Source: Acetobacterales bacterium
GTDB taxonomy: Bacteria > Pseudomonadota > Alphaproteobacteria > JBBDQX01
Assembly: GCA_040905765.1 (NCBI GenBank)
Contig: JBBDQX010000007.1
Span: 184 to 64,183, forward strand
Direction: 5' to 3'
DNA: 64,000 bases
Shown here: in pieces, positions 13,175-25,335 of the stretch
How positions within the stretch are numbered: position 1 is the first letter of the stretch
Layout: every line of letters starts with the position of its first letter
Notes under the pieces: generated by a model
The model's input: the letters and a program-made list of their open reading frames with translations, nothing else
Databases searched by the model: none
Told to the model about the DNA's origin: nothing
Program-made: the position numbers and the translations under genes

Positions 13175-14568
13175 CGGACGGATTCGCTCAGCGATTCGCG
13201 GATATGCGCCTCGACCGCCGCCAGGTCGTTGGGCAGGGCGACCGCGCGTTCCGGCAGCTCCATCAGATCCGAGAGGCGGGACGGCAGCGCCGGGCACTCC
13301 CCGATCGCCTGCGCCACGGCATCGCCGAACTTTGCCGGATGCGCCGTTGCCAGGCAGACCACCGGCGCGGTGCGCGGCTGCACCCGCGCCACGGCGATGC
13401 CGACCGCCGTATGCGGATCGACCACCTCGCCGCTGTCGGCGTGGACGCGCCTGATCTCCGCCAGAGTCGCATCGTCGTCGACGCGGCCGGCATCGAACAG
13501 CTGGCGTGCCGCGGCGATGCGGTTGTCCCCTACCGAGAGGCTGCCGGTATCCCGGAAGGTCCGCATCTCTTCCGCCAGCGTGGCGGGGTTGCGATCACAG
13601 AGGTCAAACAGATACCGCTCGAAGTTGCTGGATACCTGGATATCCATGCTGGGACTCCATGTAGGTTCTACACCGTCGATGCGCATCGTGCCCGTGTCGA
13701 AGAACCTCGTCAGGATGTCGTTCGAGTTGGACGCCACGACCAGCCGCTGTACCGGCAGGCCCATCTGCCGCGCCGCATAGGCGGCGAAGACGTTGCCGAA
13801 GTTGCCGCTGGGTACCACGAAGGTGACCTCCCTGTCCGGCGCACCGAGGGCCACCGCCGAGGTCACGTAATAGACGATCTGGGGCATGATCCGCGCCCAG
13901 TTGATCGAATTGACCGCCGAGAGGTTCAGTTCGTCGCGGAAGGCGGCGTCGTTGAACATCGCCTTCACCAGATCCTGGCAGTCGTCGAAATTGCCCTCGA
14001 CGGCGATGTTGTGGACGTTCGGCGAGTCCACCGTCGTCATCTGGCGCCGCTGAACCTCCGAAACACGTCCCTTCGGGTGGAGGATGAAGATCTCGACCAT
14101 GTCGCAGTGGCGGCATGCCTCGATGGCCGCCGATCCGGTGTCGCCCGAGGTGGCACCAACCACGGTGATGCGCTCCCCGCGCCGCTTCAGGACATGATCG
14201 AACAGCCGCCCGACAAGCTGCAGCGCGACGTCCTTGAAGGCCAGGGTAGGACCGTGGAACAGCTCCAGCAGCCACAGGCCGCTTTCGAGCTGGCGCAGCG
14301 GCACCACCGCAGGATGGCCGAACACGGCATAGGAGTCGGCGACCATCGCACCGAAATCCTCATCGGAAATCGCGCCGTCGAGGTAGGGACGCATGATTTG
14401 GACGGCCGCCTCGGGATAGGGCAAGCCGTGCAGGGCCCTGAGGTCGTCCGCGGCCATGGCCGGCCAGCTCTCGGGCACGTAGAGGCCGCCGTCCCTTGCC
14501 AGCCCGGTCAGCAGAACGTCTTCGAAGCCGAGGACCGGAGCCTTGCCCCGGGTGCTGATGTAGCGCAT
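13171..14568 (-). CDS. thrC: threonine synthase
   Basis: PLP-lysine region (PTLAFKDVALQ) and ThrC N-terminus (MRYISTRG). The track ORF is over-extended by 119 codons. Confidence 0.92.
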   Translation of the reverse strand: MRYISTRGKAPVLGFEDVLLTGLARDGGLYVPESWPAMAADDLRALHGLPYPEAAVQIMRPYLDGAISDEDFGAMVADSYAVFGHPAVVPLRQLESGLWLLELFHGPTLAFKDVALQLVGRLFDHVLKRRGERITVVGATSGDTGSAAIEACRHCDMVEIFILHPKGRVSEVQRRQMTTVDSPNVHNIAVEGNFDDCQDLVKAMFNDAAFRDELNLSAVNSINWARIMPQIVYYVTSAVALGAPDREVTFVVPSGNFGNVFAAYAARQMGLPVQRLVVASNSNDILTRFFDTGTMRIDGVEPTWSPSMDIQVSSNFERYLFDLCDRNPATLAEEMRTFRDTGSLSVGDNRIAAARQLFDAGRVDDDATLAEIRRVHADSGEVVDPHTAVGIAVARVQPRTAPVVCLATAHPAKFGDAVAQAIGECPALPSRLSDLMELPERAVALPNDLAAVEAHIRESLSESVR

Positions 14569-14579
14569 TTGGCGGAGCC

Positions 14580-16067
14580 TCAGGGCAGATAGCGATTGCG
14601 GAGATGCGCCTTGAAGGCCTCGGTGCCGAGTGGCTTGCCCGTCGCCTGGGCGATCAGATCGTCCGTGCCGAGCAGGCTGCCCTTCTGGTGCACCTGGCTG
14701 CGCAGCCAGTTGAGCAGCGGCGCGAAGCTGCCACGGCCGATCGACGACATCAGCCCGGGACTGGCCCGGCTCGCCGAGTCGAACAACTGCGCCGCCAGCA
14801 CGGCCCCGAGGCTGTAGCTGGGAAAGTAGCCGAAGGTGCCGTAGTACCAGTGGATGTCTTGCAGGCAGCCCTCGCCATCGTGCCGGGGGGCGAGGCCGAG
14901 GCGCTTTTGCATCTCCTCGTTCCATGCAGCCGGGAGGTCGGCGACCGAAAGATCACCGGCGATCAGCGCCTTCTCCAGCCGATAGCGCATCAGCACATGC
15001 AGGTGATAGGTCACTTCGTCGGCCTCGACGCGAATCATCCCCGGCCGGACCCGCGAGACCAGACGGTAGAGATTGCCGGCCTCCCACGCAGGGCCCTCCC
15101 TGCGGAAATACTGGCGCAGCAGCGGCGCAAGGAATGCGACGAAGACACGCGTCCGACAGGCCTGCGTCTCGATCAGCAGGGACTGGCTCTCATGTACGGT
15201 CGGGCTGCGGGCGCGGCCGACCGGCTGGTTGCGCCACGCTTCGGGCAGCCCGAGTTCGTAAAGCGCGTGGCCCGTCTCGTGCAGCACCGCCATCAGGCCC
15301 TGCACGAACTCGCCCTGGCTGTAGCGCGTGGTGACGCGGACGTCGCCCGGTACGCCGCCGGCGAAGGGGTGGGCGCTGATATCGAGCCGCCCGTAGCGAA
15401 AGTCGAAGCCGAGGATCTCCATGATCTTCTTCGACAGCGCCCGCTGCGCCTCGAGCGGGAACGGTCCCTCCGGCTCGGCCACCTCACGCTCGCCCTTCTG
15501 ACGCTCCAGCACGCGCTCAAGGAAGCCTGGCAGAAACGCTTCGATGTCCCCGAAAATGCGGTCGAGCACCGAACCGCGGAGTCCCGGTTCGTAACGGTCG
15601 AGCAAGGCGTCGTAAGGGTCGCAGCCTAGCGCCGCACCCTTTGCCCTCGCGATCTCGCGGGTCAGCGACACGACTTCCTCGAGATGCGGGCGAACCATGG
15701 CGAAATCCGCCGATTGCCGTGCCCGCCGCCAGACCAGTTCGCAACGGCTCGCTGCCATGCTGCGTCGCTCGACGAGGGCGGTCGGCTGGGCATTGGCATG
15801 ACGCCAGCGATGCTGCATCTCGCGCAGATTGGCCTGCTGCCAGTCGTCGAGGCCGTCTTCACCCGTCGCCTCCTCGAGCAGTTCGGCGAGGGGCGGATCG
15901 GTCAGCATCGCGTGGGATATCGCCTCGAGGGTCGCGATCTGTCCGGCACGCGGCTCGGCGCCGCCGGGCGGCATCAGCGTCGCGGCATCCCACGACAGCA
16001 TGCTGCGGGCACCATCGAGATCGGCCAGGCGGCGGAACCACAGTTCGGCGTCGGCGTAGGCGGGCAT
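14580..16067 (-). CDS. M32 carboxypeptidase (Taq-type)
   Basis: HETGHALYE zinc motif and the DIHWYYGTFGYFPSYSLG block. Start corrected to MPAYADAELW. Confidence 0.88.
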   Translation of the reverse strand: MPAYADAELWFRRLADLDGARSMLSWDAATLMPPGGAEPRAGQIATLEAISHAMLTDPPLAELLEEATGEDGLDDWQQANLREMQHRWRHANAQPTALVERRSMAASRCELVWRRARQSADFAMVRPHLEEVVSLTREIARAKGAALGCDPYDALLDRYEPGLRGSVLDRIFGDIEAFLPGFLERVLERQKGEREVAEPEGPFPLEAQRALSKKIMEILGFDFRYGRLDISAHPFAGGVPGDVRVTTRYSQGEFVQGLMAVLHETGHALYELGLPEAWRNQPVGRARSPTVHESQSLLIETQACRTRVFVAFLAPLLRQYFRREGPAWEAGNLYRLVSRVRPGMIRVEADEVTYHLHVLMRYRLEKALIAGDLSVADLPAAWNEEMQKRLGLAPRHDGEGCLQDIHWYYGTFGYFPSYSLGAVLAAQLFDSASRASPGLMSSIGRGSFAPLLNWLRSQVHQKGSLLGTDDLIAQATGKPLGTEAFKAHLRNRYLP

Positions 16068-16104
16068 GTCGCGAATTCTCTGGCTCGATCCTGCCGCTCG
16101 CGGA

Positions 16105-16821
16105 CTAGCCGGCGGGCCCGGCGCGACGGCCGCGCATGTATAACACGAATATGACGCCGAGGACCGCGGCCAGCGCAAACCAGGTGAGCGCATAGCCGAG
16201 GTGCCGGTTCGGCAGGTCCGGCGTGACGCGGTGCGGCCGAAGATCGGCCGCCATGGCGGGCTCCTGCGCCGTGGCCAGCACGTATACCGGCGCGACGGCG
16301 CCAAGCCCGGCGGCCGAGGCCATGCGCGGCAGGTCCATGCTGAACCAGTTGTTCGCGGCGGGTTCGTTATCGGGGACGAAAGCGCCCGGCTCCGTCGGGA
16401 CCCGGGCAACGCCGTTCACCTCCACCTCACCCGCCTGGTGTCCCTGCGGTGCCTCGCGCCAGGACACGGGAACCCAGCCGCGATTCACCAGCACCGGCGC
16501 TCCGCCGTCCCGGCGAAGCGGCGTTACCAGCTCGTATCCGAGCCGGTTGTCACGGGCCTTGCCTGCAAGGAACAGGGTGGCCTGATAGGCGTACCGCCCG
16601 CGAACCGTCACCGGCCTGAAATCCCAGTCGTCGACGCGCTCCAGGTTCGGCGGCAGCATCACCGGGCGCGTCGCCAGCCGGGCGGTCATACGGTCGATCA
16701 GGGCCTCCTTCCACTCGAGCCTCTGCAATTGCCAGACGCCGAGGGACAGCAGGAGAACGAAGGCCAGCGCCGCGGTGACGGTACCGACAACGGCCGAACG
16801 ATCCGCACTCCGCCGGGCCAT
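16105..16821 (-). CDS. SURF1 family cytochrome oxidase assembly protein
   Basis: 238 aa with N- and C-terminal TM helices and the SURF1 motif (LGVWQLQRLEWKEALI). Confidence 0.85.
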   Translation of the reverse strand: MARRSADRSAVVGTVTAALAFVLLLSLGVWQLQRLEWKEALIDRMTARLATRPVMLPPNLERVDDWDFRPVTVRGRYAYQATLFLAGKARDNRLGYELVTPLRRDGGAPVLVNRGWVPVSWREAPQGHQAGEVEVNGVARVPTEPGAFVPDNEPAANNWFSMDLPRMASAAGLGAVAPVYVLATAQEPAMAADLRPHRVTPDLPNRHLGYALTWFALAAVLGVIFVLYMRGRRAGPAG

Positions 16822-17213
16822 CAGCCACCGTCACCGTCAGCGGCCCCCATCTCCCCCGGCCGGTGCCGGTATTGCAGCGCCACCAGGACGGCCTTAGCAG
16901 GACGCAGCAGGATCAGGGCCAGTCCCAGGATGACCGGCGGCCAGAGCAGCGCATGCAGCCACAGCGGCGGCAGGAAGACGACCTCGACCGAGATCGCCAT
17001 CCCGACGACGACAACACCGAGGATGAAGATCAGGAAGACCGCGGGACCGTCGCCGCTGTCATGACGTCGCATATCGAGCCCGCAGACCGCGCAGCGGTCG
17101 CGGACGGTCAGATAGCCGGTGTAGAGTGAACCTTCTCCACAGCAGGGGCAACGGCAGGCGATGCCGGCCACGAAGGGAGAGGGCGCCGCTGTCCGGTCGC
17201 CTTCGGGATGCAT
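16821..17213 (-). CDS. DUF983 membrane protein (zinc-ribbon CPCCG...CAVCG plus 2 TM)
   Basis: Located between ctaE and SURF1, as conserved in alphaproteobacterial cox clusters. Confidence 0.7.
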   Translation of the reverse strand: MHPEGDRTAAPSPFVAGIACRCPCCGEGSLYTGYLTVRDRCAVCGLDMRRHDSGDGPAVFLIFILGVVVVGMAISVEVVFLPPLWLHALLWPPVILGLALILLRPAKAVLVALQYRHRPGEMGAADGDGG

Positions 17214-17235
17214 CCGCTATCTGCGGCCGCAGCCC

Positions 17236-18078
17236 TCAGTGCCCGCCGGCGTGCGACCCGGCGCCCCACCAGTAGATGCAGACGAACAGGAACAGCCACA
17301 CGACGTCGACGAAGTGCCAGTACCAAGCCGCCGCCTCGAAGCCGAAATGGTGGTTCGGCTTGAAGTGCCCCTTTATCGCCCGCACGAGGCAGACGCACAG
17401 GAAGATCGTGCCGACGAGGACATGGAATCCGTGGAAGCCGGTCGCCATGAAGAAAGTCGACGCGTAGTAGCCGTCGGTGAAGCCGAAGGCGGCATGGCTG
17501 TACTCGTAGGCCTGAACGCAGGTGAACGCGGCGCCGAGAGCAACGGTGAGCGCAAGGCCCTTGATCAGACCGTCGCGGTCGTTGTGGATCAGGGAATGGT
17601 GAGCCCAGGTAACGGTACAGCCGGAAAGCAGCAGGATCAGCGTATTGAGGAACGGAAGGTCGAACGGATCGAAGGTAATGACGCCCTCTGGCGGCCACAC
17701 GCCGCCGAAGACCTCCTGCCGGGCGACGCTGCCGTCAGGAAACAGGGCGGCATCGAAATAGGCCCAGAAGAAGGCCGCGAAGAACATCACTTCCGAGGCG
17801 ATGAACAGCGCCATTCCGTAACGCAGTCCGATCTGCACGACCGCGTTGTGGTGGACCCCGGATTCCGCCTCGCGCACCACGTCGCGCCACCACATGAACA
17901 TCGTGAAGAGCACGCCGGCGACGCCCGCGGCCAGAACCGCCGCGCTGCTGTAGTGCATCAGCCGGACCATCCCTATCGCCATCACGAACGCGGCGATCGC
18001 CCCCACCAGCGGCCACGGGCTGGGATCCACCAGATGGTAGGGATGCTTGTGCTCGGCGGCGCCGTGCGCGTCACTCAT
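17236..18078 (-). CDS. ctaE: cytochrome c oxidase subunit III
   Basis: Subunit III TM helices ([13 protein letters not shown]). Start corrected to [17 protein letters not shown]. Confidence 0.92.
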   Translation of the reverse strand: MSDAHGAAEHKHPYHLVDPSPWPLVGAIAAFVMAIGMVRLMHYSSAAVLAAGVAGVLFTMFMWWRDVVREAESGVHHNAVVQIGLRYGMALFIASEVMFFAAFFWAYFDAALFPDGSVARQEVFGGVWPPEGVITFDPFDLPFLNTLILLLSGCTVTWAHHSLIHNDRDGLIKGLALTVALGAAFTCVQAYEYSHAAFGFTDGYYASTFFMATGFHGFHVLVGTIFLCVCLVRAIKGHFKPNHHFGFEAAAWYWHFVDVVWLFLFVCIYWWGAGSHAGGH

Positions 18079-18718
18079 GGGTCGTGTCTCCAGCCACGGT
18101 TTTGATGCTGCTGTCGGATGCGGCGCCGGCATCGGCGACCTCGTCACCGGCCCCTCCCGGCTTCGGAATGTCGTCGAGCGACCGGAAGAACGTATACGAA
18201 AGCGTGATCGTCTTCACGTCACGAGTCGCAGGGTCGTCGGCCAGCGCCGGATCGACGAAGAAGACGACGGGCATCTCGACCCGCTGGCCCGGCGCCAGCG
18301 TCTGTTCGGTAAAGCAGAAACAGTCGATCTTGTTGAAGTACTGGCCGGCCTTGGCCGGGGTGACGTTGAAGGTCGAGATTCCCGTGACCGGCCCCGCCGT
18401 GCGGTTCACCGCCTCGTAGAAGGCCATGCCTTGCTCGCCGACGCGCAGGGTTATCTCCCGCTGCATCGGCCGGAACTGCCACGGCATACCGGCATTGACG
18501 CGCGCATCGAACTGAACCTTGACGCGGCGATCGCCGATCCTGACCGCCGGCCCCTCGGCGCGCTGCGTGGTTCCGCCGTAGCCGGTGACGCGGCAAAAAA
18601 GGTCGTAGAGCGGTACCGCGGCGAAGGACATCGCCGTCATGCCCAGCACAATGCCGGCCAGCCCCGCCATCAGGCGAACGTTGCGTCGGCGCAGGACGGA
18701 AGCCGGTGCGCCGTTCAC
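18071..18718 (-). CDS. ctaG: cytochrome c oxidase assembly protein CtaG/Cox11
   Basis: Cox11 core ([25 protein letters not shown] copper motif). Proposed GTG start overlaps the TGA of the upstream small ORF (GTGA). Confidence 0.8.
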   Translation of the reverse strand: MNGAPASVLRRRNVRLMAGLAGIVLGMTAMSFAAVPLYDLFCRVTGYGGTTQRAEGPAVRIGDRRVKVQFDARVNAGMPWQFRPMQREITLRVGEQGMAFYEAVNRTAGPVTGISTFNVTPAKAGQYFNKIDCFCFTEQTLAPGQRVEMPVVFFVDPALADDPATRDVKTITLSYTFFRSLDDIPKPGGAGDEVADAGAASDSSIKTVAGDTTHE

Positions 18719-18849
18719 ACCCCGCCTCCCGACATCCGCGCGATGGTGATGAAATAGAACAGCGCCACCAGCGCCACCAGAACGCCGAGCACCGCCAGAT
18801 TGCGACGCCGTATCCGGCGGCTGCGTTCTCGCTGCTCTTCCGGGTCCAT
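18715..18849 (-). CDS. small single-TM protein (44 aa) between ctaB and ctaG
   Basis: Sequence [44 protein letters not shown]: basic N-terminus plus one TM helix. Stop overlaps the ctaG GTG start; not on the 60-aa ORF track. Confidence 0.4.
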   Translation of the reverse strand: MDPEEQRERSRRIRRRNLAVLGVLVALVALFYFITIARMSGGGV

Positions 18850-18861
18850 CGCCGTTTCCGA

Positions 18862-19785
18862 TCACAGGACGGATGCCGCGGCGTCGGCCACGAAGGCACC
18901 GAACAGCGCGAACAGATAAAGGATGGAATAGCCGAACATCCTGCCCGGCGCAGCCGGGTCACGGGCCTGCAGGACCCGCCACGCCTTCCACACCAGCATG
19001 GCGCCGAGCAGCGCCGCCGCGATACCGTAAAGCAGGCCCGACATGCCCACCAGCAACGGCACGAGCGAGGCGGCCATGGTGGCCGCCGCATAGACGACGA
19101 TCTGGCGACGGGTCTCGCGCTCCCCGGAAACCACGGGCAGCATCGGCACCCCGACCCGGGCATAGTCCTGTGCGCAATTCAGCGCCAGCGCCCAGAAATG
19201 CGCCGGGGTCCACAGGAAGATGATTGCGAAGAGAATCAGCGGCTCGATCGCAAGCTGGCCGGTCACCGCCACCCAGCCGATGACCGGCGGGAACGCCCCC
19301 GCCGCGCCGCCGATGACGATGTTCTGCGGCGTACGGCGCTTGAGCCATATCGTATAGATGAAAACATAGAAGCCGATGCTGAGCGCCAGCATGGCCGCCG
19401 CCGGCCAGCCGACGGCCAGATGCATCAGCAGCACCGACCCCACAGCAAGGCCCACACCGAACGAAAGTGCCTCGCCTGGAGCCATCCGGCCGGCAGGGAT
19501 CGGCCGTCCCCGGGTGCGGCGCATGCCGGCGTCGATATCCCGGTCGTACCACATGTTGATCGCCCCCGCCGCGCCAGCACCGAGTGCGATGCACAGCACC
19601 GCCGTGGCCGCGAGAACGGGATGAAGCCCGCCGGGCGCCAGCAACAGGCCGCACAGCCCGGTGTAGACGACCAGCGCCATCACCCGCGGCTTGAGCAGGG
19701 CCACGTAGTCGCGGGCATCGGTGACGTGCGCCTGGGCACTCATCGGCGCCAGCGTGCGTTCGGCCGGAAGGGTGCCGTCGGGCAT
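18862..19785 (-). CDS. ctaB: protoheme IX farnesyltransferase (heme O synthase)
   Basis: UbiA-family motifs ([21 protein letters not shown]). Start chosen at the ATG with GGAGGAGG SD, 5 nt upstream. Confidence 0.9.
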   Translation of the reverse strand: MPDGTLPAERTLAPMSAQAHVTDARDYVALLKPRVMALVVYTGLCGLLLAPGGLHPVLAATAVLCIALGAGAAGAINMWYDRDIDAGMRRTRGRPIPAGRMAPGEALSFGVGLAVGSVLLMHLAVGWPAAAMLALSIGFYVFIYTIWLKRRTPQNIVIGGAAGAFPPVIGWVAVTGQLAIEPLILFAIIFLWTPAHFWALALNCAQDYARVGVPMLPVVSGERETRRQIVVYAAATMAASLVPLLVGMSGLLYGIAAALLGAMLVWKAWRVLQARDPAAPGRMFGYSILYLFALFGAFVADAAASVL

Positions 19786-19811
19786 GGCCTCCTCCAAGCT
19801 GCCCCCGCCTT

Positions 19812-22342
<2,531 letters not shown>

Positions 22343-22511
22343 TCCTGTTCCCCGATCAGATGCTTGGCCCGGACGAGCGGGCCCGCGGCACTGCGGCGCG
22401 TCGACCCGGGCTGGCGGCGCCGATCATATAAATGAGCTGTTGGTAATACAACCTTCCGCTCCGCGTGTTTCGGACCCCGTGCAGCGCTCTTCCGCCCGGC
22501 ACGCGCGGGCT

Positions 22512-24392
22512 TCACGATCCGCTCTGACGTCTTCCGGACAGCCTCGCCAGGTCGAGATGGCGATCGACGTAGTCGAGCAGCCGATCGAGCGACTCCTCCA
22601 CCGACAGGACCGACGTGTCGACCTCGAGGTCAGGGCTGTCCGGGGCCTCATAGGGTGCAGACACACCCGTGAACTCACGTATCTCGCCACTGCGCGCCTT
22701 CTTGTAAAGCCCCTTCGGATCGCGGCGCTCGCAAGTATCGACGTCGGCCTTGATATGGATCTCGTGGAACAGGTCCGGGGCGATCTGGCGCACCCGGTCG
22801 CGATCCGCCCGGTACGGGGAGATGAAGGCGGTCACGACCAGCACGCCGGCACGGGCGAACAGGGCCGCCACCTCGCCGATCCGACGGATGTTCTCGTTCC
22901 TGTCCTCGGGCGAGAAGCCGAGGTCGGCACTCAGCCCGTGGCGGATATTGTCGCCGTCGAGGACATAGACCTGGAAGCCCTTGGCGAAGAGCCGCCGCTC
23001 CAGCTCGATGGCGAGCGTGCTCTTCCCGGCGCCGCTCAGGCCGGTGAACCACAGGATCCCGCTGCGATGCCCGTTGACGTTCCACCGCGCCTCAAGACTG
23101 ACGTCGTGCTCGACGCTGAAGATGTTCTTCGACTTGACCGCCACGGCATTGCGCTGGTCCGGATAGCCGCGCATGTCGACGGTGCCGCCGCCAACGATGT
23201 CGTAGCCTTCCACCAGCACGAAGCGTCCGGTCCTCGGGCCGCTGGAGAACGGGTCGAGCGCGACCGTGCTCCTGCTGCGGAGGACCACCTCCGCCACAGC
23301 GTTGCGTTCCACGACGCCAGTACGGGAAGCGGCGAGGTCGCCGACGTCGATCACCTTCTCGATCGCCTCCACCTCGACGGGGAAATCGGCGGTATTGAGC
23401 TTGGCGACGTAGCGCTTGCCCAACTCAAGCGATGACTTGCCAAGCCAGAAGATGCGACCGCGAAAGACATTGGTCAGGGTCGGCGGGCGCTGTAGATGGC
23501 TCATCACCTCGCCGCGCTCGACGAAGACCGGCTGGTCGAGCGTCACCCCCGCCGTCTGGCCGGCCGACAGCGCCAGCAGTGGCTCCTCACGGCCCCAGCT
23601 TTCGATGCTCCTGATCCGCGCTGTGGAATTGCTCGGGGAGAACATCACCTCGTCGCCGATACGCAGGCGGCCGCTCTCGATACGGCCGACGACGATGCGA
23701 CGTTGGTCGAACTTGTAGACGTCCTGCACCGGCATGCGGAGCGGCAGGTCCGAGAGCCAGGCGGGCGGGGTGAAGGCATCCAGTCCGTCGACGAGGGTCA
23801 GCCCCTCGTACCAGTCCATGCGACCGTAATCGCGGCAGTGGGTGACGACGTTGTCTCCTTCCCGGCCGGATACCGGCACGATATGCGTCGGTACGATGCC
23901 GAGATCCGCCAGATAGGCGCGAATATCAGCCGCCACGTCGGCGTAGCGGTCGAGGCGGTAATCGACGAGGTCCATCTTGTTGACGGCCACCAGCACCTGG
24001 CGGATGCCGAGCAGGTGCAGCAGATAGCCGTGGCGACGCGACTGCTCCTGGATGCCCTCGTCGGCATCGACGACGAGGATCGCGGCGTCGGCCTGCGCCG
24101 CCCCGGTCACCATGTTGCGCAGGAATTCCTTGTGGCCGGGCGCGTCGATGATGACGTAGTCGCGCCGGGCAGTGTGGAAGAAAGTCTGGGTGGTATCGAT
24201 CGTGATGCCCTGATCCCGCTCCGCCTGCAGGGCGTCGAGCAGAAAGGCGAATTCGAAGGCCATGCCGCGGCGTTCGCAACTGGCCCGGATCTGCTCCGCC
24301 TTGCCGTCGGGCAGCGAGCCGGTGTCATGCAGGATACGGCCGACCAGGGTCGACTTGCCGTGGTCGACATGGCCGACGAAAACGACACGCAT
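22512..24392 (-). CDS. cysNC: bifunctional sulfate adenylyltransferase subunit 1 / adenylylsulfate kinase (CysNC, NodQ-like)
   Basis: N-terminal GTPase (GHVDHGKST, DAPGH, NKMD) fused to a C-terminal APS kinase P-loop (GLSGAGKST). The track ORF is over-extended by 253 codons through cysD. Confidence 0.9.
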   Translation of the reverse strand: MRVVFVGHVDHGKSTLVGRILHDTGSLPDGKAEQIRASCERRGMAFEFAFLLDALQAERDQGITIDTTQTFFHTARRDYVIIDAPGHKEFLRNMVTGAAQADAAILVVDADEGIQEQSRRHGYLLHLLGIRQVLVAVNKMDLVDYRLDRYADVAADIRAYLADLGIVPTHIVPVSGREGDNVVTHCRDYGRMDWYEGLTLVDGLDAFTPPAWLSDLPLRMPVQDVYKFDQRRIVVGRIESGRLRIGDEVMFSPSNSTARIRSIESWGREEPLLALSAGQTAGVTLDQPVFVERGEVMSHLQRPPTLTNVFRGRIFWLGKSSLELGKRYVAKLNTADFPVEVEAIEKVIDVGDLAASRTGVVERNAVAEVVLRSRSTVALDPFSSGPRTGRFVLVEGYDIVGGGTVDMRGYPDQRNAVAVKSKNIFSVEHDVSLEARWNVNGHRSGILWFTGLSGAGKSTLAIELERRLFAKGFQVYVLDGDNIRHGLSADLGFSPEDRNENIRRIGEVAALFARAGVLVVTAFISPYRADRDRVRQIAPDLFHEIHIKADVDTCERRDPKGLYKKARSGEIREFTGVSAPYEAPDSPDLEVDTSVLSVEESLDRLLDYVDRHLDLARLSGRRQSGS

Positions 24393-24439
24393 CGGCAGGC
24401 CGCGGGTCACAGGCGAGCGACTTTCCGCCAACGCGCCGC

Positions 24440-25243
24440 TCACATGTAGCCAGAGGCGCGGAGACGCTCGAAGGCATTCTCCGCTTCGTGGTCCATGGCC
24501 CGGCCGGCGCGCTCCTCCTGCTTCGTCGTCTCCAGTTCGGCGATGATCTCCGCGAGGGTCGCGGCGTCGCTGTCGATCGGATTGGTGATCCCGATCTCGC
24601 CGAGCGATCTGAAACGCTTGCCGTCCCGCGCAAAGTACAGCGGCACCACGGGAATGGCCTCGCGCTGGATGTAGCGCCAGATGTCGATTTCCGTCCAGTG
24701 CAGCAGCGGGTGGATGCGGATGTGGGTGCCGGGCGGGAAATCGGTCTTGTACTGGTCCCAGAACTCGGGCGGCTGGTCGCGGAAGTTCCAGTCGCCCTCG
24801 GCCCCGCGCGGGCTGAAGTAGCGTTCCTTGGCACGCATCGGCTGCTCGTCCCGGCGGATGCCGGCGATGATGCCGTCGAAGCCGTACTTCGCGACCGCCT
24901 GCTTCAGACCTGCCGTCTTGCGCGCCGCGAAGCGGGACGCAGGAGGCAGGCTGGGATCGACCTCCTCGATCGGCGGACAGGGATCCGCGATCAGGTTGAG
25001 CTCCCATTCCTTCACGTAGCGCTCGCGGAAGGCATAGGTCTCCGGGAACTCCGCGCCGGTGTCGAGATGCATCGCCGGGAACGGCAGGCGGCCGAAGAAA
25101 GCCTTCCTGGCGAGCCAGATCATCACGTTCGAATCCTTGCCGATCGACCACAGCATGCCGAGGCGGTCGAACCGGTTGAAGGCTTCGCGGAAGATGAAGA
25201 TGCTCTCGTGCTCGAGGCTATCCAGATGATCCATCGGGTGCAT
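24440..25243 (-). CDS. cysD: sulfate adenylyltransferase subunit 2
   Basis: PAPS-reductase-like fold (LWSIGKDSNVMIWLARKAF). Confidence 0.92.
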   Translation of the reverse strand: MHPMDHLDSLEHESIFIFREAFNRFDRLGMLWSIGKDSNVMIWLARKAFFGRLPFPAMHLDTGAEFPETYAFRERYVKEWELNLIADPCPPIEEVDPSLPPASRFAARKTAGLKQAVAKYGFDGIIAGIRRDEQPMRAKERYFSPRGAEGDWNFRDQPPEFWDQYKTDFPPGTHIRIHPLLHWTEIDIWRYIQREAIPVVPLYFARDGKRFRSLGEIGITNPIDSDAATLAEIIAELETTKQEERAGRAMDHEAENAFERLRASGYM

Positions 25244-25335
25244 CGGAACCGGCGCAGCGCAAGGACCCCATGTCCCGCGCGTGCCCGTGCATAGCGACCC
25301 GGCGCCACGCTGACAAGCCCTGCACGCGGGTCAGT

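Noticed and set aside
22512-25151. 879-aa track ORF for cysNC, and similar over-long track ORFs (thrC 584 aa, ctaD 617 aa, M32 609 aa, CoA-transferase 529 aa, MlaE 365 aa)
   Set aside because: N-terminal extensions are frame read-throughs into upstream genes. Starts were moved to positions matching family N-termini, SD sequences and stop-start overlaps.
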